The translations under genes and the position numbers were made by a program. Below, in pieces: positions 40,721 through 47,971 of a stretch of DNA of 64,000 bases. Source of the DNA: a virus; the IMG/VR virus record IMGVR_UViG_3300035180_001847, positions 41,456 to 105,455 of that record. One strand, given 5' to 3'. The notes below the pieces were generated by a model that worked only from the letters and a program-made list of their open reading frames with translations, made no database searches and had not been told where the DNA came from. Within the stretch, counting starts at the first letter, position 1, and the number at the start of each line of letters is the position of its first letter.

Positions 40721-41254
40721 TCATATATTTTTATTTCCATCTAAAAATGAATAGATTTTATATTCAAGTTTATCTAGTCCTGTTGGGCAGGAAAGAACGG
40801 CATCGAATGAGAAATCAAGTAAAGAAGTTTCAGATGGATGGTTTTTTTGTTCCTGTGTCAGTCCATTATCAAAATCAGGTCGAAAAATCCAAATTGAAAA
40901 TACTTTGTATCCAGATTGTTTTAATAAACTTATTTCGTTTTCAAATCTACAATCCGCAATTACTATGTAATCAAAATCTTGTCCAAATGTTTTTATAAAT
41001 TCTAACGCAATATTAACCCATATATTAGGATTTCTTTCGCGCCCAATATCCGTTCCGATTTTTTGTAGAATAGACCTTCCCTTATCATCTTTTGCTCCAT
41101 CCCATCCAAAATATTCTTTTGCAAAAAATTTCAGGGTATCTGCATAATTAAAGATGAGAACGGATTTTCCCTTTGATTCCATATATTTTTTAATATATTT
41201 TGCCACAGAAGTTTTTCCATGTTGAGCTTGTCCTGAAATGGTTATTATTTTCAT
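40721..41254 (-). CDS. Deoxynucleoside monophosphate kinase
   Basis: P-loop GQAQHGKT; R.ILQ.IGTD.GR; IADCRF.NE; H.SE. Confidence 0.85.
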   Translation of the reverse strand: MKIITISGQAQHGKTSVAKYIKKYMESKGKSVLIFNYADTLKFFAKEYFGWDGAKDDKGRSILQKIGTDIGRERNPNIWVNIALEFIKTFGQDFDYIVIADCRFENEISLLKQSGYKVFSIWIFRPDFDNGLTQEQKNHPSETSLLDFSFDAVLSCPTGLDKLEYKIYSFLDGNKNI

Positions 41255-41788
41255 TTATAAATTTTCTTCTTTCCTGATATATTCAACAACCTCTTTCCAA
41301 TTATTGCATCGTGGATTGTAGTCATATTTAGAATTCCATGCTTTATTGTAAAGAACTCCTTTTCCATAAGCGTTCTTGCAATTTTCATATTTGTCATCAA
41401 TCAAGTAATGACATAAAATCAAGCTTTTATCGAGACATTCTATATAATCCTCCTTTTTCTCAATAAAACCATATTTCTTCAACCACATAAATTTGATTCC
41501 AGCATGTCCTAGTGTGCTTGATGTTACAAAAACAACCCTTCCAATTTTCTTTAATTCTCCTACTCCCCATTGAGAAAATGATATGGGTTCAATCTCATCA
41601 TAAATTTTTGGGTCTTCTATATATTGATAAATGTTTTTTCCGCAAATTGGTTTTACATACTGTGTCATATCCCAAGAAAGAATTTTGTTTTCGCTAAGGT
41701 CATCGGAATAATCTCTGTTATATCTTTTCAACCATTCGCTCATCAAATCTGCACATGTGTCATCAACATCTACTGATATTGTAATCAT
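41255..41788 (-). CDS. 5'(3')-deoxyribonucleotidase (HAD/NT5C)
   Basis: DVDDTCAD; K..WL; LIDD. Confidence 0.85.
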   Translation of the reverse strand: MITISVDVDDTCADLMSEWLKRYNRDYSDDLSENKILSWDMTQYVKPICGKNIYQYIEDPKIYDEIEPISFSQWGVGELKKIGRVVFVTSSTLGHAGIKFMWLKKYGFIEKKEDYIECLDKSLILCHYLIDDKYENCKNAYGKGVLYNKAWNSKYDYNPRCNNWKEVVEYIRKEENL

Positions 41789-41988
41789 TTATCTTCCTCT
41801 TTTTTATTGTCTGTTGAATAAAATCCGCTTCCCGAAAATAGAATTGGGAAAGCCGATTTTATTATTTTTTTTACTATTTTGCTTTTACATTTTGGACATT
41901 CAACATTATTCTTTATTTTATCATATTCTATAAATAATTCAAATTCTTTCCCACAAACATCACATCTAAAATCATATAACGCTTTCAT
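41785..41988 (-). CDS. FmdB-family zinc-ribbon protein
   Basis: YDFRCDVCG...CPKC...F.GSGFYSTD. Confidence 0.85.
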   Translation of the reverse strand: MKALYDFRCDVCGKEFELFIEYDKIKNNVECPKCKSKIVKKIIKSAFPILFSGSGFYSTDNKKEEDK

Positions 41989-41992
41989 ATCA

Positions 41993-42241
41993 TTATCCTT
42001 GTACCTTTTTCAGATCATCCTGACGTAATTTTCTGCGAACTAATGCGTCAGCCATGTGAATACAATATTCTTCAAAATCATATTTTCCATCTCTATGAAA
42101 TCTATGTGATAATTCTTCCCAATAAATTTCATCATTAGATTTTATTGCATTCATAATCATTTCGGCTATAATATGGTCGTCTGTACCCTCCACCACCCCA
42201 TTTGGAAAAAATTTTAAAAGCACACCATATTTTTCTGTCAT
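41993..42241 (-). CDS. Hypothetical protein
   Basis: Coupled ORF in the operon. Confidence 0.55.
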   Translation of the reverse strand: MTEKYGVLLKFFPNGVVEGTDDHIIAEMIMNAIKSNDEIYWEELSHRFHRDGKYDFEEYCIHMADALVRRKLRQDDLKKVQG

Positions 42242-42990
42242 AATATATTTCTCTTATCATCTGGGGACAAAGGAACAAAAGTAAATTGATTCTTAAGATT
42301 AAATTTACTCACAATCCAGAACGAATGAAAATCGGATGATGAATATTTTTTTAGCAATTCATAAGGAATGTCGTCATCCAAGTCTTTGAAGTTTCTTTTA
42401 TTATCTTCGTAACATTTTAGAATATTGGCATCATTGCACATTTCAATATCATTAAGATTTTTATATTTTGTTCTGAATTTTTTGTTTACTGCGAATAATC
42501 CTTCGCCTATGTTTATTCTCTCCACGATGTTCGGAGTAAGATAATCAATTCTTCGTTCTGGAACAATAGCTTGAAGACCCTGACTGAATTTTTTATGTAG
42601 AAATCCGCACATATCAAATGGTATTAAAAATGCGAAAGGAATATCATATTCCAATGCTTTTGTAATAAAATCAAATTTCAGACTAAAAGGGGGGTTTGTT
42701 ATAATACAATCAATATTCCCAATTGGTTTTTCTAAAGATTGAGACTCTAAAAAATCTTCATTATAACAATCTTTTCTCAAAGGATATTTATCACTCGAAT
42801 AAACCTTGTATCCAGAATCAAAAAGTTTATCACTTAACCTCATCTGCCCTGCCGCGCACTCCCAGATTTTCTTTACATTCATTGGGATATAAGGAAGCAA
42901 TAAATTTAAGGCATAAATGGGTGTTTGAAAATTATTTCTATTAGATTTGTCATTTTTAGGCTGTGGAATTTTTGTCTTAGTTGTTTTCAT
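42238..42990 (-). CDS. DNA N6-adenine methyltransferase
   Basis: FQTP, IWECAAG, IITNPPFS. Confidence 0.8.
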   Translation of the reverse strand: MKTTKTKIPQPKNDKSNRNNFQTPIYALNLLLPYIPMNVKKIWECAAGQMRLSDKLFDSGYKVYSSDKYPLRKDCYNEDFLESQSLEKPIGNIDCIITNPPFSLKFDFITKALEYDIPFAFLIPFDMCGFLHKKFSQGLQAIVPERRIDYLTPNIVERINIGEGLFAVNKKFRTKYKNLNDIEMCNDANILKCYEDNKRNFKDLDDDIPYELLKKYSSSDFHSFWIVSKFNLKNQFTFVPLSPDDKRNIL

Positions 42991-43345
42991 GTTTATCCAG
43001 AGGAAGCGTAATAGAGGAATTGATGTATAAGATTTTACGAAATTTGAATACTCTTGGAGAAAGTATTTTTTCAGAATTTATTTTTTTAAGAATAAGATGT
43101 TTCTTCAATCTTCCATATTTATTAAAATCAATGGCATAATTCATATTATCTACAAGAGTATAATCCGTAAATTTTTCTTTTTTATTTTGCACAATTGCAG
43201 AAACATATTCGCCCGTTTCTTCACAAAATAAGACTTCTAAACACGGTTGAGGGAAAATATTATCCTTAATCCAATTTGAAATCTTGCTATTATAAATATT
43301 GCTGACAAACCTGTTCCACTTATTTATTCTAGTAAAATCTTTCAT
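42977..43345 (-). CDS. Hypothetical protein
   Basis: GGAG RBS; overlaps the next gene. Confidence 0.5.
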   Translation of the reverse strand: MKDFTRINKWNRFVSNIYNSKISNWIKDNIFPQPCLEVLFCEETGEYVSAIVQNKKEKFTDYTLVDNMNYAIDFNKYGRLKKHLILKKINSEKILSPRVFKFRKILYINSSITLPLDKHENN

Positions 43346-43366
43346 TGTAAAATATATCTCCTGAAA

Positions 43367-43600
43367 TTAAAATTGATAAAAATATTTTGGATGACAACTT
43401 TCAATATGAGCCACGCCGTCAGTTACTACAACCCTTACTTTCATTGCCTCATCTTCATTTTCAGCCAGGCATCCTCTTTTCACTGGAATTTTATAATCAA
43501 CATCAACCAACGGAATGATTACTTCCCGCCTCATCCATAGTCCAATATAAGTTTCGTTTCGTAAATCAACTTGAAAATCTTCTTGTGACTGTGTAAGCAT
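43367..43600 (-). CDS. Hypothetical protein
   Basis: AGGAG RBS. Confidence 0.55.
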   Translation of the reverse strand: MLTQSQEDFQVDLRNETYIGLWMRREVIIPLVDVDYKIPVKRGCLAENEDEAMKVRVVVTDGVAHIESCHPKYFYQF

Positions 43601-43632
43601 GTTGTGTCTCTCCTATTTTTTATAATTTTTGT

Positions 43633-43830
43633 TTATAAAACTTGAAATTTATCAACAATTTTTATTGCTATGTCATAGTATTTATTTTCTTTTTCAATAC
43701 CTATTCCTATGCGATTTGTATTTTTACAGGCAATCATTGTTGATCCGATGCCCATTGTGTTATCAAGTACAAGTCCACCATTATTGGAATATGTTTTTAT
43801 CAACCATTCCATGTGTATTTCAGACTCCAC
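43633..43830 (-). pseudogene. C-terminal fragment of an N4/N6 DNA methyltransferase
   Basis: EWLIKTYSN.G.LVLDNTMGIGST..AC..TNR..IGIE; catalytic DPPY half absent. Confidence 0.7.
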
Positions 43831-43908
43831 AACAAAAAATCTCCTAAAATAAGTCTTATGTATTTTGAATTGCCCTCCAGTATGAATAAAATATTATTTT
43901 TTTATTCA

Positions 43909-44280
43909 TTAAATAACTTCTACTTCACAAGTGGTTTCTAAGGAGGGGTTTAACAGGCTTCTAACGGTGAAAAACGTTTTTCCCATGTTTTTCCCTTGAA
44001 CAATACAGGTACTTGAATACAAAATATTTCTATCATTAACCACTATTTCAAAATCGTCCCATGCATAAGGAAAAGGATCGCATAAATTACTAATAGCCCA
44101 TACGGTTATTTTTTTACCCTCGCCCAAAGGCAATTTGAAATTGCCTCCGTCAACCGCCAATGCAACAACGGATTTTTTGTACAAAATCCTGTTCCAAACC
44201 GTTTTTAATAAAAAATAGCTGTTATATCCCAGAAAAGAACTTGGCATATTGTTTTTCATTCTCACAATGGATTTAAGCAT
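43909..44280 (-). CDS. Hypothetical protein, possible Ig-like C-terminus
   Basis: IVQGKNMGKT.FTV.S......TCEVEV resembles the end of Big_2. Confidence 0.5.
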   Translation of the reverse strand: MLKSIVRMKNNMPSSFLGYNSYFLLKTVWNRILYKKSVVALAVDGGNFKLPLGEGKKITVWAISNLCDPFPYAWDDFEIVVNDRNILYSSTCIVQGKNMGKTFFTVRSLLNPSLETTCEVEVI

Positions 44281-44345
44281 TTATTTTTCCCTATCATTTA
44301 ATATGAACATATTATATTCTTTATAAATATTTCTTGAACTCATCA

Positions 44346-44528
44346 TTAATACGCCCCATTCTTTTCCGATCCATTATCGCTCCTATTGCAAGAATCACAT
44401 ATAGGTGCTTCAACAACCATTCCAAATTCATTTTCAATTAAAGTAAAAAAGTGACCCGAATGATTATGTTCATCGATATCTTCCCCGCATTCAGCACATT
44501 TTATTGGTTCAATAATTGGAAAAGCCAT
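44346..44528 (-). CDS. Small Cys-motif protein
   Basis: CAEC...CDSC; GAGGAG RBS. Confidence 0.6.
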   Translation of the reverse strand: MAFPIIEPIKCAECGEDIDEHNHSGHFFTLIENEFGMVVEAPICDSCNRSDNGSEKNGAY

Positions 44529-44725
44529 TTTATTCTCCTCATTGATGAAATTATAGTTTTATTCTTTGTACCAAATTGTTCCAATTAACTTTTTTGACTT
44601 CCGTGTATTTCTTTCAAAGCCTTGAACGGTAATCGATTAGCATCCATATTTTCACAAACAATTTCCCGTTCTTTTTTAGATTTACGGTGTCTTGCCAGAG
44701 TATCAAGGTTTATATTTTCACTTTT

Positions 44726-44754
44726 ATTATACTATATTTATAATAAAAAGTCAA
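44726..44754 (-). promoter_or_regulatory. Sigma70-type promoter
   Basis: TTGACT-N17-TATAAT on the minus strand. Confidence 0.7.
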
Positions 44755-44760
44755 GAATTG

Positions 44761-44793
44761 AAAAAGTCACCTTATTAATAAAGGCGACTTTTT
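44761..44793 (-). terminator. Intrinsic terminator
   Basis: AAAAAGTCACCTT/AAGGCGACTTTTT hairpin. Confidence 0.65.
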
Positions 44794-44965
44794 ATTAATG
44801 TTATTCTTTTTTGTCTGTACGCTGCCTAGATGGAATAACTAGAACCGCGTTGCCACCCAAACATTCGAAAAAAATTCAAGCAACAAAAAAATCAAAATAC
44901 AATCAAATATTGACATTTTATTTTACTTCTATCGAACCAAAATTATCTCAACTTATAGTTTAATT

Positions 44966-45580
44966 TTACTTGAATGGCTCAAGGATTGTTTCACCTTGAG
45001 AAATAACATACGGAATTTCTCTTGCTCCCCACTTCAACACAATATATGAAATAAAATCTTGAATAGTGGGGAATAAATCGACACTAACTTTATATGCCGT
45101 AATTAATCTTGCCACAGTGTTCCCCCCAATTTTTTCAAAAAACGTGGTTATAATTGCATAAAATGATCCATCGTCATCTTTACAAAGCCATAAATTTGTA
45201 CTAACTGGAGTATCATCCGCATTCTTAAAACCATAAGTGCGATAAGATTTCCATGTTCCATGATTGTCCAAACATCGAAAGGCAGCATTGGCTTCCGTAG
45301 AATGTCTAAGCCAAGCATGTCCATTAACAACTTGAATAATGCGAAGTTCTTGTGATGTTAAATTTGATGCAGTTTCATCAAGAACTGGCGACAAAGTTAA
45401 AGTCCCGCCATATTGCAAAACAAATTTTCCCAAATCTTCTGATTGTTGAATAGGAGACAATACGGTAAAATTTACACCAGAAAAAAACAAAACAGAAATT
45501 ATAATTGAAAACAATAGAATGGCAATCATTGCAAATTTAATTACACCCATACCGCTTGTTGGAATATTCATTGTGGTCAT
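44966..45580 (-). CDS. Membrane-anchored hypothetical protein
   Basis: N-terminal TM helix; HAWLRH...LITAY in the soluble domain; GAGGAG RBS. Confidence 0.65.
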   Translation of the reverse strand: MTTMNIPTSGMGVIKFAMIAILLFSIIISVLFFSGVNFTVLSPIQQSEDLGKFVLQYGGTLTLSPVLDETASNLTSQELRIIQVVNGHAWLRHSTEANAAFRCLDNHGTWKSYRTYGFKNADDTPVSTNLWLCKDDDGSFYAIITTFFEKIGGNTVARLITAYKVSVDLFPTIQDFISYIVLKWGAREIPYVISQGETILEPFK

Positions 45581-45620
45581 AAAATATAATCTCCTCTTTA
45601 TTATAATTTTATTTTTTGTT

Positions 45621-45836
45621 TTATAGAGTTCTGAAAATCAATTGGCGAAGGTTTTCATTATTTGCATCGGGCGAGTTTATAATCATTTGAAATGATAGCT
45701 TTTCCCCAATTGTGCAATCAAAATCTGGTTCGTGAATTCGCACATATTCCATAACATGAAGCGGAATGTTCAAGCGTAAAATCCAGCATCCAATCATAAT
45801 TGCATACATAAATTTGTTGAGTGTGAGTGATGACAT
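45621..45836 (-). CDS. Hypothetical protein
   Basis: AAGGAG RBS and own promoter. Confidence 0.6.
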   Translation of the reverse strand: MSSLTLNKFMYAIMIGCWILRLNIPLHVMEYVRIHEPDFDCTIGEKLSFQMIINSPDANNENLRQLIFRTL

Positions 45837-45865
45837 TTTATCTCCTTTTTTATTTGATGCTTATC

Positions 45866-45894
45866 ATTATACAGGATGATGATTGATTTGTCAA
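45866..45894 (-). promoter_or_regulatory. Sigma70-type promoter
   Basis: TTGACA-N17-TATAAT. Confidence 0.8.
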
Positions 45895-46129
45895 GATGTA
45901 AAATTACATTTTTATCAATAATTTTTACTATCATGTCACAATATTCGTCTTCTAATTGAGTGCATGACAAAACACATGACAAAAAATTAAAAAGACATGC
46001 ACACGTCAAATAATAACGTGCGCATGCACTCAAATAAGTAAGAAATGTCATCACAAGAACAATGAAATCGAGGATGATTAACCAGAACACAAAATACAAT
46101 CAACAACTACACCAACGTCGAAACCTAAA

Positions 46130-46171
46130 CTCGCCCAACCGATAGCCAGTTGGCCGCACGCTTTGTTAGTC
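46130..46171 (-). mobile_element. attC-like left arm (R'' GACTAAC), apparently truncated
   Basis: Minus strand GACTAAC-AAAGCGTGC contains the stop codon of ORF 46166-46360; complementary to GTTAGTC at the 5' end of the same cassette. Confidence 0.55.
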
Positions 46172-46360
46172 ACCGCTCATGCTGTCAAACACATTCAATA
46201 GTGTTTCATCAAACGTGCCAACACCTCTCATTTCTTCGAGGCGTACGGCGCATTGAAAGAAATCATTTTCTTTGAGACAATCTTTGGCAGATGTCAACAA
46301 TGTTTCGATAACCTTGATGCGTCGCTGCAACTCTTGTTTGCAAACATCTTCTGTTTTCAT
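46166..46360 (-). CDS. Hypothetical protein, gene-cassette-like
   Basis: AAGGAG RBS right after an R' box; stop codon inside R''. Confidence 0.65.
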   Translation of the reverse strand: MKTEDVCKQELQRRIKVIETLLTSAKDCLKENDFFQCAVRLEEMRGVGTFDETLLNVFDSMSGD

Positions 46361-46384
46361 AATTCTCCTTTTAGCAAGATGGGG

Positions 46385-46509
46385 GACTAACGGCTTGCGT
46401 CAGTTGCGGGGCGATTTGCAAAGCCCGCAAGTATCAAAATTTACACTGCAAAAGGAATTACATTTTTTGCAGCACCAGTAATCCCCATCAACTGCGCGCC
46501 TTGTTAAGT
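46385..46509 (-). mobile_element. attC site (best preserved, 125 bp)
   Basis: ACTTAAC-AAG-GCGC-G-CAGTTG-A-TGGGG...CCCCG-CAACTG-ACGC-AAGCC-GTTAGTC: R''/R' boxes, unpaired spacer, L-box stem with extrahelical bases. Confidence 0.75.
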
Positions 46510-46648
46510 GCGCCAAAGTTTCGCCAAGTTCCTTATAAAGCAACCCTGCTTCTTCTCGCGTAAGTATATAATCTTTCATACCCTCAAGGGGACGAAGGCA
46601 AACAAGATCGGAAACACCTTTATACGTTGAAATCATTTTGTTTTGCAT
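46400..46648 (-). CDS. Hypothetical protein whose C-terminal RanBP2-like zinc finger is encoded inside the attC
   Basis: AGGAG RBS; ...AHLTRRAVDGDYWCCKKCNSFCSVNFDTCGLCKSPRN. Confidence 0.6.
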   Translation of the reverse strand: MQNKMISTYKGVSDLVCLRPLEGMKDYILTREEAGLLYKELGETLAHLTRRAVDGDYWCCKKCNSFCSVNFDTCGLCKSPRN

Positions 46649-46719
46649 AGTAGCTCCTAACTATGTTTTGAGCGGTGAAATCACCGCCTAAATACCCAAA
46701 TTAATCTTAATTATCTTCA

Positions 46720-46932
46720 TTAGCCAATCGTATGAACGGCTTGCTCTGGATAGAACTTGACTTCACCACCCCAAGCATACCAAAGATCAGTTACGTGTTC
46801 AACGATTTCAGACGCTTTATTCTCAAGTTCATCAGGAATAACGAGAGTTGGATTATCGCCGTCCCACCTGATTATTGCGCCTTCATACTCTTTTGCAAGA
46901 GCCTTTTCAAGAAGTGCCTTCCAGTTTTTCAT
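46720..46932 (-). CDS. Hypothetical protein, gene-cassette-like
   Basis: AAGGAG RBS immediately after R' GTTGGGC. Confidence 0.65.
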   Translation of the reverse strand: MKNWKALLEKALAKEYEGAIIRWDGDNPTLVIPDELENKASEIVEHVTDLWYAWGGEVKFYPEQAVHTIG

Positions 46933-46952
46933 GAGTCTCCTTTTCCTAGATT

Positions 46953-47084
46953 GCCCAACAGACTTGCGTTAATGGTTTTGTCGCTCATAGTTCGCGCAAA
47001 TTAAATGAATGCATTGTTCGCAGGGTTCGCCATAGACATATTGTTTGGTATCGGTGGCGAAATCCCCTGCGTGCTTTGTTAAGT
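46953..47084 (-). mobile_element. attC-like site (132 bp, partly degenerate)
   Basis: ACTTAAC-AAAGCACGCAGG...CCATTAACGCAAGTCT-GTTGGGC followed by RBS+ATG. Confidence 0.65.
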
Positions 47085-47217
47085 GTACTTTATGTTGATT
47101 ATGAGCGTCTCTGACACCGAACGCCCAGCATCGAAAGCCACAAATTGAGCAGGTGTAATATTTTGTCTTTTTACCGCGATGGGTAATTTCAAATTTAGCA
47201 CGATGATGTTTTTTCAT
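46969..47217 (-). CDS. Hypothetical protein with C2H2-like zinc finger, reading through the attC
   Basis: C-x2-C-x12-H-x5-H (CSIC...HNQHKVH), then the attC-encoded LTKHAGDF...CEQC tail. Confidence 0.55.
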   Translation of the reverse strand: MKKHHRAKFEITHRGKKTKYYTCSICGFRCWAFGVRDAHNQHKVHLTKHAGDFATDTKQYVYGEPCEQCIHLICANYERQNH

Positions 47218-47340
47218 ATTTATTCACTTCTGTTCCTTTTGGTTTCAAACTAAATCACCCGCAATTTTCATTACACCCAATCTTATTTTTTGGCAAACGT
47301 TTTCTTTTTCAAGTGGCAAAAATTGAAATTGAAAGCGACA

Positions 47341-47541
47341 TCAAACATCTTTTTCCGGAACTGATTCTACATCGCCATACTTCTCTAGAAGTGGCTCAAC
47401 CTCATCATAAAGTGAATAACCCTTTTTGAGTAATTCAACAGCATTATGTAATTGGCCTTTTGCAATCATTGCTCCAAGTTCCCCATTGTGTTGAATATTG
47501 TAGTCTGCGTTTTCCAACGCTTCCAAAATTAATGCCGCCAT
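47341..47541 (-). CDS. Hypothetical protein
   Basis: AAGGAG RBS. Confidence 0.6.
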   Translation of the reverse strand: MAALILEALENADYNIQHNGELGAMIAKGQLHNAVELLKKGYSLYDEVEPLLEKYGDVESVPEKDV

Positions 47542-47607
47542 TATCTCTCCTTTATATATTAAAAATTATTGATATTGTTAATTTCACGAAACATTTACGT
47601 TCAACTA

Positions 47608-47745
47608 TCATGTAGTGCCCAATGCGATAGTGAAAAAAAATGCAGACAAAAATAACCATGCAGCAGATTCATATTCATCATAATACAACGCAATACCAGC
47701 CATTATTAATTGAATTACAACAAGAATCAAGAGGATAATCTTCAT
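47608..47745 (-). CDS. Small 2-TM membrane protein
   Basis: Likely start MKIILL after AAGGTG; hydrophobic. Confidence 0.5.
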   Translation of the reverse strand: MKIILLILVVIQLIMAGIALYYDEYESAAWLFLSAFFFTIALGTT

Positions 47746-47764
47746 TTTTTCACCTTTCTTTTTT

Positions 47765-47793
47765 ATTATATAGCAAACGATCCATTTTGTCAA
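47765..47793 (-). promoter_or_regulatory. Sigma70-type promoter upstream of the cassette-like cluster
   Basis: TTGACA-N17-TATAAT. Confidence 0.8.
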
Positions 47794-47971
47794 TAGGCAA
47801 TTTATGAAATTGAATTATTTGTTCTATTTTTCAAATCCTTTTAAGGTATCTTACAATATCTCACCATTTATTTATCATACTTGTTGTCATCACGTTATCC
47901 ATTCAAGTATTTCAAATAATTGTTTATAAGCATCTTCATTTATGTGTGCATAATAAACATGATTTTTAAAT

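Noticed and set aside
46630-46750. Additional intact attC between ORFs 46720-46932 and 46400-46648
   Set aside because: Only a GTTAGGA, a short GCGGTG/CACCGC palindrome and a weak left-arm resemblance; too degenerate to call.
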